Below are positions 51,901 to 60,692 of a DNA stretch of 64,000 bases, one piece after another. Source of the DNA: Lingula anatina (taxonomy: Eukaryota; Animalia; Brachiopoda). The notes beneath the pieces are model-generated. The model saw only the letters and a program-made list of their open reading frames with translations. It was not told the DNA's origin and searched no databases. Each line of letters starts with the position of its first letter. Positions within the stretch are counted from its first letter, which is position 1. The translations under genes were made by a program, and so were the position numbers. The stretch lies in assembly GCA_051362555.1 (NCBI GenBank), contig CM120646.1:806001-870000 (forward strand), read 5' to 3'.

Positions 51901-54900
51901 CTGGTAACTATGAGAACAATCTAACATGTAACTACACCATTATGGTAGACCCACAGAAGTTTGTGCTGCTGACTTTTGATGAAGAAAACTTCAATATTGA
52001 AGGTTTGTGTTGACTTAAGATTCATATTGTTCCAATGTGAAAAGATTTGCCATTTGTGGATTGTTATAATTCTTAATATTTGTTATTTATTCAATATTCA
52101 CCACGAGTTCTGCCTTTCACAGCTGTACAAGACAGATAGTTTCCAAAGTGTGCACCAATAGCTTAATATCCATTTGAGATCATTAAAATAACTTTAAACA
52201 AAAAGAACTTTGCCTGTCTTTGTAAACAACCAAAAATTTCTCTAAAATTATTCATTATTATCTGAGTTCTTTTCTCACAGTACAATGTAACGTTCACAGC
52301 AGCATAAGGCTAGCTGTAGCAATTCTGCGGAATTGTTTCTAAGTTACATTGTAGCCAATTCAGTCTATATTTAGTCACCTAAATGATGTGTTTTGTTGCC
52401 AGGTGGTACAGGTTGTCCGTATGATTATGTAGCCGCCTACACTGGAAATGGCTCAGACTCCAACCTCCTTGGGAAATTCTGCGGAACGACTGCCCCGGCT
52501 CCTGTCTCATCTCTGGGGGTCATGTTTATCCAGTTTGTCACCGACAGCTCCATAGTGGCACGAGGGTACAGAGCGACTTATTCAGCAATGGGTGAGTGGG
52601 GGAAATGATGAGCAATGTGAATAAGCCCCATGAAATACCTTTTTTTGTGGAAGATTTTCTTGAAGAGGCTTCATTTTCTTTAGAAGGTTTTCTTGAAAAT
52701 TCTTTATTTTCTGTTTTTTTGTTTTTTTTTTTAGCAGAGACGACTTTTCCCATTTCCACAAAATGTAAAATCGTTATTTTGCTATTGATTTTATTGATTA
52801 TGTTCATTTTTGGATTAATATACATGTTCTTCCTCAGAGTGACAATCCTCCTCATTTTAAAACATGTAAAGATTACAAAAACTTGTTTTTCCTTCATCCA
52901 ACCATCTCTGTCAATATTTTCCAGAATGTGGTGGTGTATATACCGCCCCCCAGGGAACCATAAGAACACCCCAACACCCTGTGAACTATCATCACAATGC
53001 CAACTGTACCTGGTCCATCACCGTACAGCCTGATAGAGTGGTAGAACTGAAGTAAGTGGACTGGGATCTCCTTATAGCTGTGTATAAACACTACATCATT
53101 TACTATTGCTACAGTACCATCTGCATGTACATGTCATTGTACAGCCTTGAAAATTTGTGTATTTAAGAAGTACTCAAATTTATCAAAGCCATTTCTCTCT
53201 CCTGTAGGAGACAAAACCCTGATGAAATATGTACTTACAATTTATATATTAGTTTCACCTCAGTTTTTTGGCCAAAGTCCCTACTTCTCTCAAAACCAAG
53301 GTTTTCAATGCATCAAGGCATAAAATAACAACAAGTTTATAGCTAATGGATTTTTTCCTCCAGATTCAACATCTTTGACATTGAGACTCACTCTAGCTGT
53401 AACTACGACTACGTAGATGTGCGAGACGGCAACAGCTTGACATCTCCTCTGATTGGAAGATTCTGTAGTAATGTGATCCCTGAGCCAGTGCGGACAACTG
53501 GGAATACCATGACTGTCAACTTTGTCTCTGACGCCTCCATCAATGGCGCAGGCTTCACCGCTTCCTACAGGACAACTTTTGGTAGGTTGGCATATCAAAA
53601 TATTTCCTTATTATAACCTGTGTTATTTTATCTTTTATAATAGATTTTAAGTCATTTTCTCTTTAAAATATATTGTAAGCAGCAAGTGCTCGCAATATTC
53701 ATTGTGCCAGTGTTGTTTCCCCTATAATTTGTTAGGTATCTGATTACAGTTAAAACAAATATGGTATTTAATAATATTTTTAGTGCATGTCCTAAGACAT
53801 CACAGTTTCTTCAATCTTTGATATTCAGGCTATGCAATAAAGGTTCACAAATGTAGATTTGGGTCATTTGATGTCAGTTAGTTTGGGCTGAACTAGCATG
53901 ATAATAATTTGTAAATGCTGTCATTGCCACCAACGTTTCCATTCCCAGGTGTCCCACTCTGCGGTGGCTTCCTGAATGGCACCCAGGGAAGATTCGGCTC
54001 CTTTGACATTGACGGGGACGGACTGTACGAGGATAACTTGAACTGTGTCTGGCAGATTGTGGGTCAGGACAACAAGGTGTTGAATCTGACCTTTGAACCC
54101 ATGGACATTGAAGCAGACAACACCTGTGACTATGATTACTTAGAGGTGGGTAGTGGAGGAAAATAGCTTGGTATTGTGAGAACTTAAGAGTAACAGTGTA
54201 AAATAAAGCTTGATATTATGATAACACTAAGTAACAGTGTGAGAATGGTTTGATATTGTGAAGGAATACTAATGGTATGGAAGAAATTGGTGTGGGATTG
54301 TGACAGCTGTTTTATTTTCAGTTTTATATTTGTGATATCATGTAGACAATCTCAATTTATTTTTCGGTATTTTGCATTTGTATTAATTTGTAATATAGAA
54401 AATAACGGTGGAAATTCCAAAGAAACAATTTCAAAATAATTTCAATGTAGACTCCGATGCCTTTAAACCAGCACCTGTAAGTTACACATCTTAAAGTCTT
54501 ACCTTATTATATATTAAAGGTGAGAGATGGGCTAACGAGTGATGACCCTCTGGTGGGCAAATACTGCGGAAGTCGCCCGTTGACCTACTTTGTGTCGTCC
54601 AGTAACATGGTGTACATCAAGTTTTATACAGACGGCTCTGTGGGAGGAAGAGGCTTCAATATTTCCTACAGACAGGTGGATGGTAAGTGTGTGTGTGTGT
54701 GTTTTAAGAAATATAAGTGTTTATGAAGGAACATGAAAAATCATACATTTCAATACAAGTTCATAAGTTGTAACATTTTCATGTACCTGCTCTCATGTCA
54801 AGTTGACCTGTCATCCAGTGAATGTATATACAGTAAACTATTTGTCATTCTTGATCAGTTAATTCTGACTCTCAACTCAGCTTTATTTCAAAATATTCTG

Positions 54901-57688
54901 CCGTATTACAGAATAAATAAATATATTGTTATAATAATGAAGTTTTATTTCATTCAACTTCCAGCACTATGTGGAGGAGTCAGAACGGCAACAACATCCC
55001 CGCAGACAATATCCTCTCCTAACTATCCCAACTCGTATCCACACAACCTGCGTTGTCGCTGGACAATTGATGCTGGACTTAACCAGCAGATTGACGTCAA
55101 TGTAACAGACTTCAATGTAGAGAACCATGCCAACTGCCAATATGACTACTTAGAGTTAAGAGACAAACCTTTGGTAAGTGAGAGATTAGGGTTTATAACT
55201 TGAAACTCCACTGCATTATGACAGAATTAATCTTTTATATTTTTTTTCCTTTCTGTATCTTTGCATTGCAAGAGCAAATACTTAACAGTTCTGTACCCAC
55301 TTTCATTCATTCATTCATTTATTCATTTGTTTATTTATTTATTTATTCAGGGAGACAATGGTCAGATCCTGATGTATTGTGGCAGTCAGTTACCCCCATT
55401 GTTCACTAGTAAAGGGAGAACCATGCAGATTAACTTTGTCACTGATGCCTCTGCAACAGCCCCCGGCTTCTCTCTCACCTATCAAGTGGCTTGTGAGTTT
55501 TATACATTGAATTGAAATTTAATTCCAACTTGATTTCTGATGAATAATTTCACAGAGATGTCTATAAGTTTGTATTGGTTTGGTTGCAATTTACTTGTTT
55601 TAAAGGTGGTTGATTAATTAATAGTAATGTGAACAAAGTGATTACAGAATATTATTCAAGTATTGATCCAAATGGCTATTTTGATCTCCACCCAGGGGGT
55701 TGTGGTTTTACCTTTGTTTGTTTCCTAGGAAACAGCCTAAAAAAGTTACAGGGTGGATTTTCATGAAAGTTTCAGGATAGGGCAAAAATGGCCTTACTGA
55801 AAATCAATGAAATTTTTGATGGTGATCCATTGAAAAAATAAATCTATTAAACTCAGGTCTGCATTCCTTTAATGTGTTCTCAGGTTTTAAATGATCTTCT
55901 CTATCTCTAGCCTGCAACAGAACTCACAGTGGCTCCACAGGCCGAGTGACCAGCCCAGGGTGGCCGGGACGCTATCCCAGTTACTCTCGATGTTACGTCG
56001 TCATTCAATCCCCACCTGGCACCTACCTGTCTCTATACTTCAACTCTTTCTACATAGAACCACACACATCTTGTAACTTTGACTACCTAGAGGTGAGTAC
56101 TTATACAGGACAGGTAAAGGTACTGCTTATGACAGAGTTGCAATTCTTGTGAATGGCTTTATGGCTTTAGGTTGAAAAAAGATATATAAAATAAATAAAT
56201 GAGAAAGATTAAATAACGTGAAATGAAAAGAAAAGGGAAATGAGAAGATGAAATAAAATAAAAAACAAAGTAAAAAGGAGCAAAATACAATAAAATAAGA
56301 AAGCCTCAGTTTAGTGTCAATTTAGCTTTGTCTATTTGGCCATATATTTCAGATTTGGAATGGTTCAGATAATTTAAAATTTACATTTAGCTATTTGGCC
56401 ATATATTTCTAGATTTTTAATGTCTCAGAAAATTAATTAATTGTCTTCAACTATGTATATTTCCAGATTCGTAATGGTTCAGATGCCAGTGCTGGTCTGG
56501 TAGGGAAGTATTGTGGTAACACCCTCCCAGACCCTGTGTTTGCTACTGGGAACTCTATCTGGATGTTCTTCCTCACTGATAACTCTGTTACACATCCAGG
56601 TTATGATATCACATTTGCTTCCAGCTCTTCAGCACCAGGTAGGGAAACTGTATGGTCATGGCTAGATCTTAATCTGAAAAATTATCCATCTTTTAGATAC
56701 ATGAGTTTGGAATCTTAAAAAATTATATTTCTGTCTCACTTTTGTGATGCTTTTAATGTGTAGAATACTGCTACAGGGTAGTCTTCTTTACAAATTGCTA
56801 CCACTCAATTGGGAAGTTCAAATTCAAAATATTTATTAGTTTTAAAAATCTGTAGTATCTGTAAAATTCAAAGATTTTCCTCATTGAAAAGAAAAGAGTC
56901 ATTATTAGGAAGTCATTGTACATATAGACTTGGATAAAGTAAGCTGCTAGGCTGTATTAATTTGAGTGTAATTGCTTTTTAAGTCTCCAGATCTGTGTTG
57001 ACAGACAGTTGTAGAATTTTTAATAAGAAAGCCTTTCAAACGTTTAATTTCAAAAATTGTTATTTTAACAGGGTGCACAATGAATTAAACATTTTATACA
57101 CAACTCAAAATTTATTAAAATAACAATTAATTTCCAGGTTGTGGCGGTACTTTCAAAGACAGCTACGGCAGTTTCACGTCTCCACTGTACCCACAACCGT
57201 ACACCAACAACAGAAACTGTACATGGCTGGTGCAGGTGCCTGCCAGGAAGGTGGTTACCATCACCTTCACTGCCTTCAATATTGAATATCACGACAGCTG
57301 TAACTATGACTGGGTAGACGTGTATGACGGACCCTCCACCTCGTCCACGCGGGTGGGACGATACTGTGGAGATGTGAGTATTATACATGGTCTAAACATA
57401 CAATAAATGAATAGAAAACTCCAAATGCAGATACTAAAATTTTAGTGCCAATTGAAAAGATAAAAAAACTTTAGAAACTGTTCTTTCAAAATTTAAAAAA
57501 TATCACTTGATCTTTAATGCCTCTCTTCCATTTTGCAGTCAATGCCAGCCGAATTCACAGCCTCAGGTAGAGCAGTTACAATCTTTTTCCGCTCAGACCA
57601 GTCTCAAACTGGTCCAGGGTTTAGGATAGCATACAGTTCCTCACAGCCAGCTCTCATGCAGTCAGCAGACAAGTCTTCAATAGGGTGA
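8829..57688 (+). CDS. CUBN: Cubilin (intrinsic factor-cobalamin receptor homologue), complete multi-exon gene, about 3,700 aa
   Basis: Signal peptide plus RQKR (as in human cubilin), then [25 protein letters not shown] (human [25 protein letters not shown]), a coiled coil, 8 EGF and exactly 27 CUB domains, with no TM helix. All introns are GT-AG with continuous phase. One splice path sums to 11,145 nt including the TGA at 57686-57688. Confidence 0.96.
10515..10730. mobile_element. Tourist/PIF-Harbinger-type MITE, family A
   Basis: TIR GACTGCATTCCCACAGATTT..AGATCGATC / GATCGATCTAAATCTGTGGGAATGCAGTC flanked by a TAA...TAA duplication; related copies elsewhere in the window. Confidence 0.85.
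11061..11205. repeat. About 60-bp tandem repeat, about 2.5 copies
   Basis: TGTCA(A/T)TGGCA(C/T)ATTTCTGTCTTACAA...TATTAGTGCTT recurs at 60-nt spacing. Confidence 0.75.
12476..13025. mobile_element. Non-autonomous DNA transposon, 550 bp, 110-bp TIRs, 6-bp TSD (AAATGT)
   Basis: 12476-12585 is the near-perfect reverse complement of 12916-13025; termini CAGGCC...GGCCTG; AAATGT at 12470-12475 and 13026-13031. Confidence 0.9.
13152..13381. repeat. Imperfect (CT)n polypyrimidine microsatellite
   Basis: Directly visible; a (GA)n tract follows at 13575-13614. Confidence 0.9.
16996..17214. mobile_element. MITE family A copy
   Basis: Alignable end to end with 10515-10730; TTA on both sides. Confidence 0.85.
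17218..17478. mobile_element. Older MITE family A-related copy, abutting the previous copy and sharing its TTA
   Basis: Degenerate TIRs GACTGGGTTCCCA / TGGGAATGGCCTC; internal GCTAAATTGC and TAATTACCCC motifs shared with the family (opposite orientation); TTA at 17215-17217 and 17479-17481. Confidence 0.65.
18249..18504. mobile_element. MITE family A-related copy
   Basis: TIRs GACCCCATTCCAATATCTAGATCGATCTAG / CTAGATCGATCTAGGTATGGGAATGAGGTC; TSD eroded. Confidence 0.75.
18709..18741. repeat. (CA)n microsatellite
   Basis: Directly visible. Confidence 0.95.
19585..20004. mobile_element. Longer (420 bp) diverged MITE related to family A
   Basis: TAA flanks at 19582-19584 and 20005-20007; subterminal inverted repeat TACATAGATCAATCCA / TGGATTGATCTATGTA. 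Confidence 0.65.
20632..20700 (+). CDS. CUBN: Cubilin stalk cassette exon A ([23 protein letters not shown])
   Basis: CTAAC branch-point motif and cacag acceptor, AGG|GTAAGA donor, 69 nt, phase 0-0. The VANLE start is identical to exon 22991. Confidence 0.65.
20677..21022 (+). repeat. 52-bp minisatellite, about 6.7 copies, each containing an exon end and splice donor
   Basis: Unit GCTGTAACACTGTTCCTGATAGG|GTAAGATGTGTGCATGTGACCATGAGAAT; GTAACA at 20681, 20733, 20785, 20837, 20889, 20941, 20993. Confidence 0.95.
22078..22176 (+). CDS. CUBN: Cubilin stalk cassette exon B ([33 protein letters not shown])
   Basis: tttcag acceptor, AGG|GTAATG donor, 99 nt, phase 0-0, open frame. Confidence 0.7.
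22898..22936 (+). CDS. CUBN: Cubilin stalk 39-nt exon, variant 1 ([13 protein letters not shown])
   Basis: ttgtag acceptor, AGG|GTAAGT donor; heptad pattern like human LVDLERKFQGLQQ. Confidence 0.75.
22991..23029 (+). CDS. CUBN: Cubilin stalk 39-nt exon, variant 2 ([13 protein letters not shown])
   Basis: ttctag acceptor, AGG|GTGAGA donor; same length and phase as 22898-22936. Confidence 0.75.
24209..27786 (+). CDS. CUBN: Cubilin EGF1-8 exons
   Basis: Exons 24209-24310, 24748-24851, 25180-25309, 25710-25881, 26172-26303, 26590-26691, 27064-27206, 27603-27786. Motifs include [24 protein letters not shown]. Confidence 0.93.
28007..32879 (+). CDS. CUBN: Cubilin CUB1-4 exons
   Basis: 28007-28122, 28432-28672; 29061-29245, 30576-30738; 31013-31203, 31726-31882; 32364-32551, 32708-32879. 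Motifs CGG..SPxYP..C.W, C.YDYLE, YCG, F.SD....GF. Confidence 0.93.
29333..29545. repeat. Degenerate AT-rich minisatellite (TGAAGTAAAATGTGATAG core)
   Basis: The core recurs about 8 times at roughly 21-28 nt spacing. Confidence 0.65.
32246..32281. repeat. (TAA)n microsatellite
   Basis: Directly visible. Confidence 0.95.
33181..36866 (+). CDS. CUBN: Cubilin CUB5-8 exons (IF-cobalamin-binding region in mammals)
   Basis: 33181-33412, 33770-33900; 34377-34563, 34842-35002; 35308-35489, 35662-35815; 36146-36327, 36704-36866. Confidence 0.93.
33484..33712. mobile_element. Degenerate non-autonomous interspersed repeat (Helentron/HINE-like)
   Basis: Ends GTGCAGACCTCC... and ...AACCTTTTTGGCAGAGGTAA; a reverse-oriented relative appears at about 55683-55880. 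The family assignment is from recalled resemblance only. Confidence 0.4.
37122..42889 (+). CDS. CUBN: Cubilin CUB9-14 exons
   Basis: 37122-37303, 37636-37804; 38291-38472, 38762-38924; 39148-39261, 39645-39884; 40332-40464, 40735-40934; 41302-41483, 41775-41979; 42324-42527, 42740-42889. CUB13 lacks the first Cys pair, as in human cubilin. Confidence 0.93.
37875..38100. mobile_element. MITE family A copy (inverted relative to the 10515 and 16996 copies)
   Basis: Reverse complement of 16996-17214 over its length; TTA at 37872-37874 and 38101-38103. Confidence 0.85.
41981..42143. repeat. 41-bp minisatellite, 4 copies, starting at a splice donor
   Basis: CTGTCTGGGTGTAACTTGAATATTGGCATTTC at 41984, 42025, 42066, 42107. 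Confidence 0.95.
43248..49212 (+). CDS. CUBN: Cubilin CUB15-20 exons and first half of CUB21
   Basis: 43248-43429, 43649-43819; 44094-44278, 44494-44672; 45036-45245, 45504-45644; 46060-46241, 46415-46583; 46856-47068, 47605-47757; 47952-48073, 48362-48587; 49028-49212. Confidence 0.92.
45987..46048. repeat. 11-bp tandem repeat (TG[TC]CCACTTCA), about 5 copies, just before the 46060 acceptor
   Basis: Directly visible. Confidence 0.85.
47848..47950. repeat. (ATATT)n pentanucleotide microsatellite abutting a splice acceptor
   Basis: About 20 copies ending in ...atattatatag|GTTGTGGA. Confidence 0.95.
49634..49796 (+). CDS. CUBN: Cubilin CUB21 second-half exon, variant a
   Basis: [54 protein letters not shown]; aag acceptor, G|GTAAGA donor, phase 0 to 1, open frame. 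Confidence 0.8.
51007..51166 (+). CDS. CUBN: Cubilin CUB21 second-half exon, variant b
   Basis: [53 protein letters not shown]; ctgtag acceptor preceded by CTAAC, CAG|GTAGCA donor, phase 0 to 1, open frame. Confidence 0.85.
51847..57688 (+). CDS. CUBN: Cubilin CUB22-27 exons and stop
   Basis: 51847-52002, 52403-52591; 52925-53051, 53364-53581; 53949-54145, 54520-54682; 54965-55173, 55351-55492; 55911-56092, 56467-56638; 57138-57373, 57539-57688 (ends ...[14 protein letters not shown]). Confidence 0.92.
55683..55880. mobile_element. Degenerate non-autonomous interspersed repeat, inverted relative of 33484-33712
   Basis: ATCTCCACCCAGGGGGTTGTGGTTTT ... GGATTTTCATGAAAGTTTCAGGATA ... GGTGATCC ... 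AGGTCTGCA mirrors the 33.5-kb copy. Confidence 0.4.
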
Positions 57689-59110
57689 TAACGGAGATAT
57701 TTAGATAGAAAGCACACCAGGCCTTCATGACATGATATTTTAAATGATGACAAAAATTTGTGAAGCTAACTTAGATTTTTTAATAAAAATTTTATAAAGT
57801 GATAAACAGTGCACTTGAAGCAATGTGAACAATGTGTCAATGTATCCTTCTATTATACATAAATATAAATATATGTATTCTCTTATTTGTACAGAAGATG
57901 TATGTATATTCAGGAAAAGAAATGACCAAAGATAAATTTTCTGTATTCAAGATAAATTGTTAACAGTACTATAACCTGAGACTTATAATATATGATATGC
58001 CAGAGTGTGAAAAAAAGTGAAACGTCTGTCCTGTTAAATGTATTGTGATTATTTTGTCACTGGTATTAAGTACCTCTGGTTGTGAGAATTCCATTTATCC
58101 GTCTATTACACATGGAGACATAATGTGAGTTAAGCAGTTAAGTACCAGATATTTATCTATAATAATAGAGGAATAGTTAAATGAATAAAAACAAAATGGC
58201 AGAAAAAAGGAAAGGAGAGGAAGACGCGATGTTTAAGAATGGAGATTGCGGACTTGGTTATTGTATTAAGTATGATCTATATTTTTACTCTCAGCATTGA
58301 AGATGAGCTGTTAAAGCTCTTCTACAGGAGCTTGCATTATGTCAAATACAAGAAGTTAACTGAGAAATTGCATTTGAATTAAATATTAATTCCTTTGTGG
58401 AATATCAGCACATCTTTCTACAACAGCAGTGTTTAATCTTATTTAAACTAATCATATTTCTATGGCTTTGTGGGCCCTTACAAACAATCATACCTATGGT
58501 CTTCGAATAACTTGTCACTGCTTTTCATCATATTAAATTTTCTTTTAGGTTCATTCTCGTCATTCTTTACATGAAGAAATCTAGAAAATGACATTTTTCA
58601 AAACAGTGAAAACCGTTTTACTGCTGGAAATTGGGAAACTCGACTATTATCGTCTTAATTTTTATATTAATTCTGGTAAACATTTTAATGGCCCTGATTC
58701 AAGTGTCTGTGGAAGGAGCTTAGAAAACAATAGGGAGAAATTCTGTCTTTTACAAAGGGAGAATTGATTAAGATGTGTCCTTTATGAAGTTAAGGGTCTT
58801 CTCTGTCATTACCACAAAGAGATTTGTTTGTAAAGAAATGGAAATCTATTGCATATTTTATTCTACAGAAGTCGTCACAGTACAGGAGTGTTGAACAAAG
58901 TGTTTTTTATTTTAATGCACTTGATTTACTTAGTGCCAAATTATAGACGGACCAATAGTAGTTCTTATATAGATTTTTACAGAAATAAATGTTAAATCAT
59001 ATCAGATTGTATGAATTGTATATTATATCAGAATTATATGAATTATAGATGCATATATATTTTGTAAATTTTGTCAAAATCTGATGACAATAAAAATCTA
59101 AAAAAAGTAT
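57689..59110 (+). other. Putative cubilin 3' UTR with several AATAAA signals
   Basis: AT-rich sequence after the stop; AATAAA near 57782, 58184, 58984 and 59089. The true 3' end is unknown. Confidence 0.4.
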
Positions 59111-60692
59111 TTGAAGTGACTGCTGGGACCGGTGTATACTGTGCTTATGTTAATATACAAACGTACTTTTTTGCTGGTAAAAGAACCGCTCTGGGTAAAA
59201 TGTGATCTAGCTACACGAAGGTGTGCGGTAAAAAGTCCAGTTTTTCAGAAAAAGACCCTCTCCCCTGAAATTGCTGGTTTGATTTATGTGACCAATTTTC
59301 CTTCTATCTCTCTCCATTTCTTTTCTCAATCACTCTTGCATAGTAAACCAGTGTTGCAAACATTTTAGTATTATCTTATGTACTTAATGTGCCACCAAAA
59401 CTTAAAAATGTGGCACGGGTAACTTTCTAATTTTACCTCATACGGAAATGCCATGACGGGGAATATGAGCGCAGCAAAGTCACTGGTAGTGTCAAAATTA
59501 TTTATTCAAACTTAATTTCAAGTTACCCTATCGTCTGCAAGGTTGACCATATCAAATATTAAAACGTGAACTATATTTGGAAAGTATTTATCTGTACTGC
59601 CTTCTATTAAGATGCCGTAAAATCGTTCTACGTGCTGCTACAATTTACACGTACAGCTAGTGCGTGTAGGTGTTCCACACATAGTTTATTTACTGGATTA
59701 TGTATTACATGAACGGCGACAAGCTAGACAACGATAAAATGTCAAGCTTGCTTGAATGATATCTCTGTGAAAAGGAAAATATATTTTTAAGTCTTGAATC
59801 TGAAACGACAAACATTCGACTGCCACTGACAGCATTATACTGTACAATGCCCAGCTTCAATTTTAAACCCCCAATTCGGGTCCCACTTTCAGGGTAGAAG
59901 GCATAATTTTCATACTTCCGTATACATCTTGTAAAATTTTTCAACTCCTGCCCAGTGTATGGAAAAGGGATCAATAAAGATATAGATAAGCTTCATATAA
60001 TAACAGGTATGCCTGCGAACTTGACGGTTTTCCAATCACTGAACATGCTCATTTCCTGTGACATGACATCAATGTCCTCTAATAAAACGATCCAAAAAGC
60101 GACAGAGATAGCAGCTACCGACGTATAATTTTAGACGGGAGATCAAATTGAGTTTTGAGATTGTATTGGAAAGATGAAGGTCGGTTAAGTTTCCAATAAT
60201 GAAATAGATGCTTTTGGTCTGATTTAGATGAAAGCGTAGGCAGAATGCTTTGATTCAAAATTTGACTACTTTATTTCTGAAAATAGACAAAGAATGACAT
60301 CTTCATAATGTTTAAGCCTCACCAGCTACGAAACAGAATATAACCCCCTGTTTTAAACAAGGCACTTATTGACAAATATTGGAGAGTAAAAGACTTCACC
60401 ATATCATCGTCACTATTGCAATCCATCAGTGAAAAAAGTCTTACATTGTATAATGTTGGTGGCCATTTCAGCGTCAAAGAAGTCATGTACCAGATATAGG
60501 AGTAAGCTACCCTCTGATACATGTATCAGGGTCTCCTAAAATAATGTACAAAATTACACTGTGCGCCATTCAACATTTTTGTAACAAACAACTAGCGCAC
60601 CCTGTAGGCAGAGAGTAAAAGTGAGCGTGACTAATAAGTTAAGCTTTTTCAAAGTTTTTTTTTCAAAGTTTTTTTTTCAAAGTTTTTTTAAG

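Noticed and set aside
52538-53033. Hydrophobic 145-aa ORF suggesting a transmembrane cubilin isoform
   Set aside because: Read-through of the 52591 donor in the cubilin frame stops at once (MGEWGK*). The hydrophobic ORF is in another frame and reflects T-rich intron composition.
28432-57388. Many separate short CUB-domain genes or pseudogene fragments, as the ORF track suggests
   Set aside because: The stops fall in introns; GT-AG splicing joins all pieces into one continuous frame.
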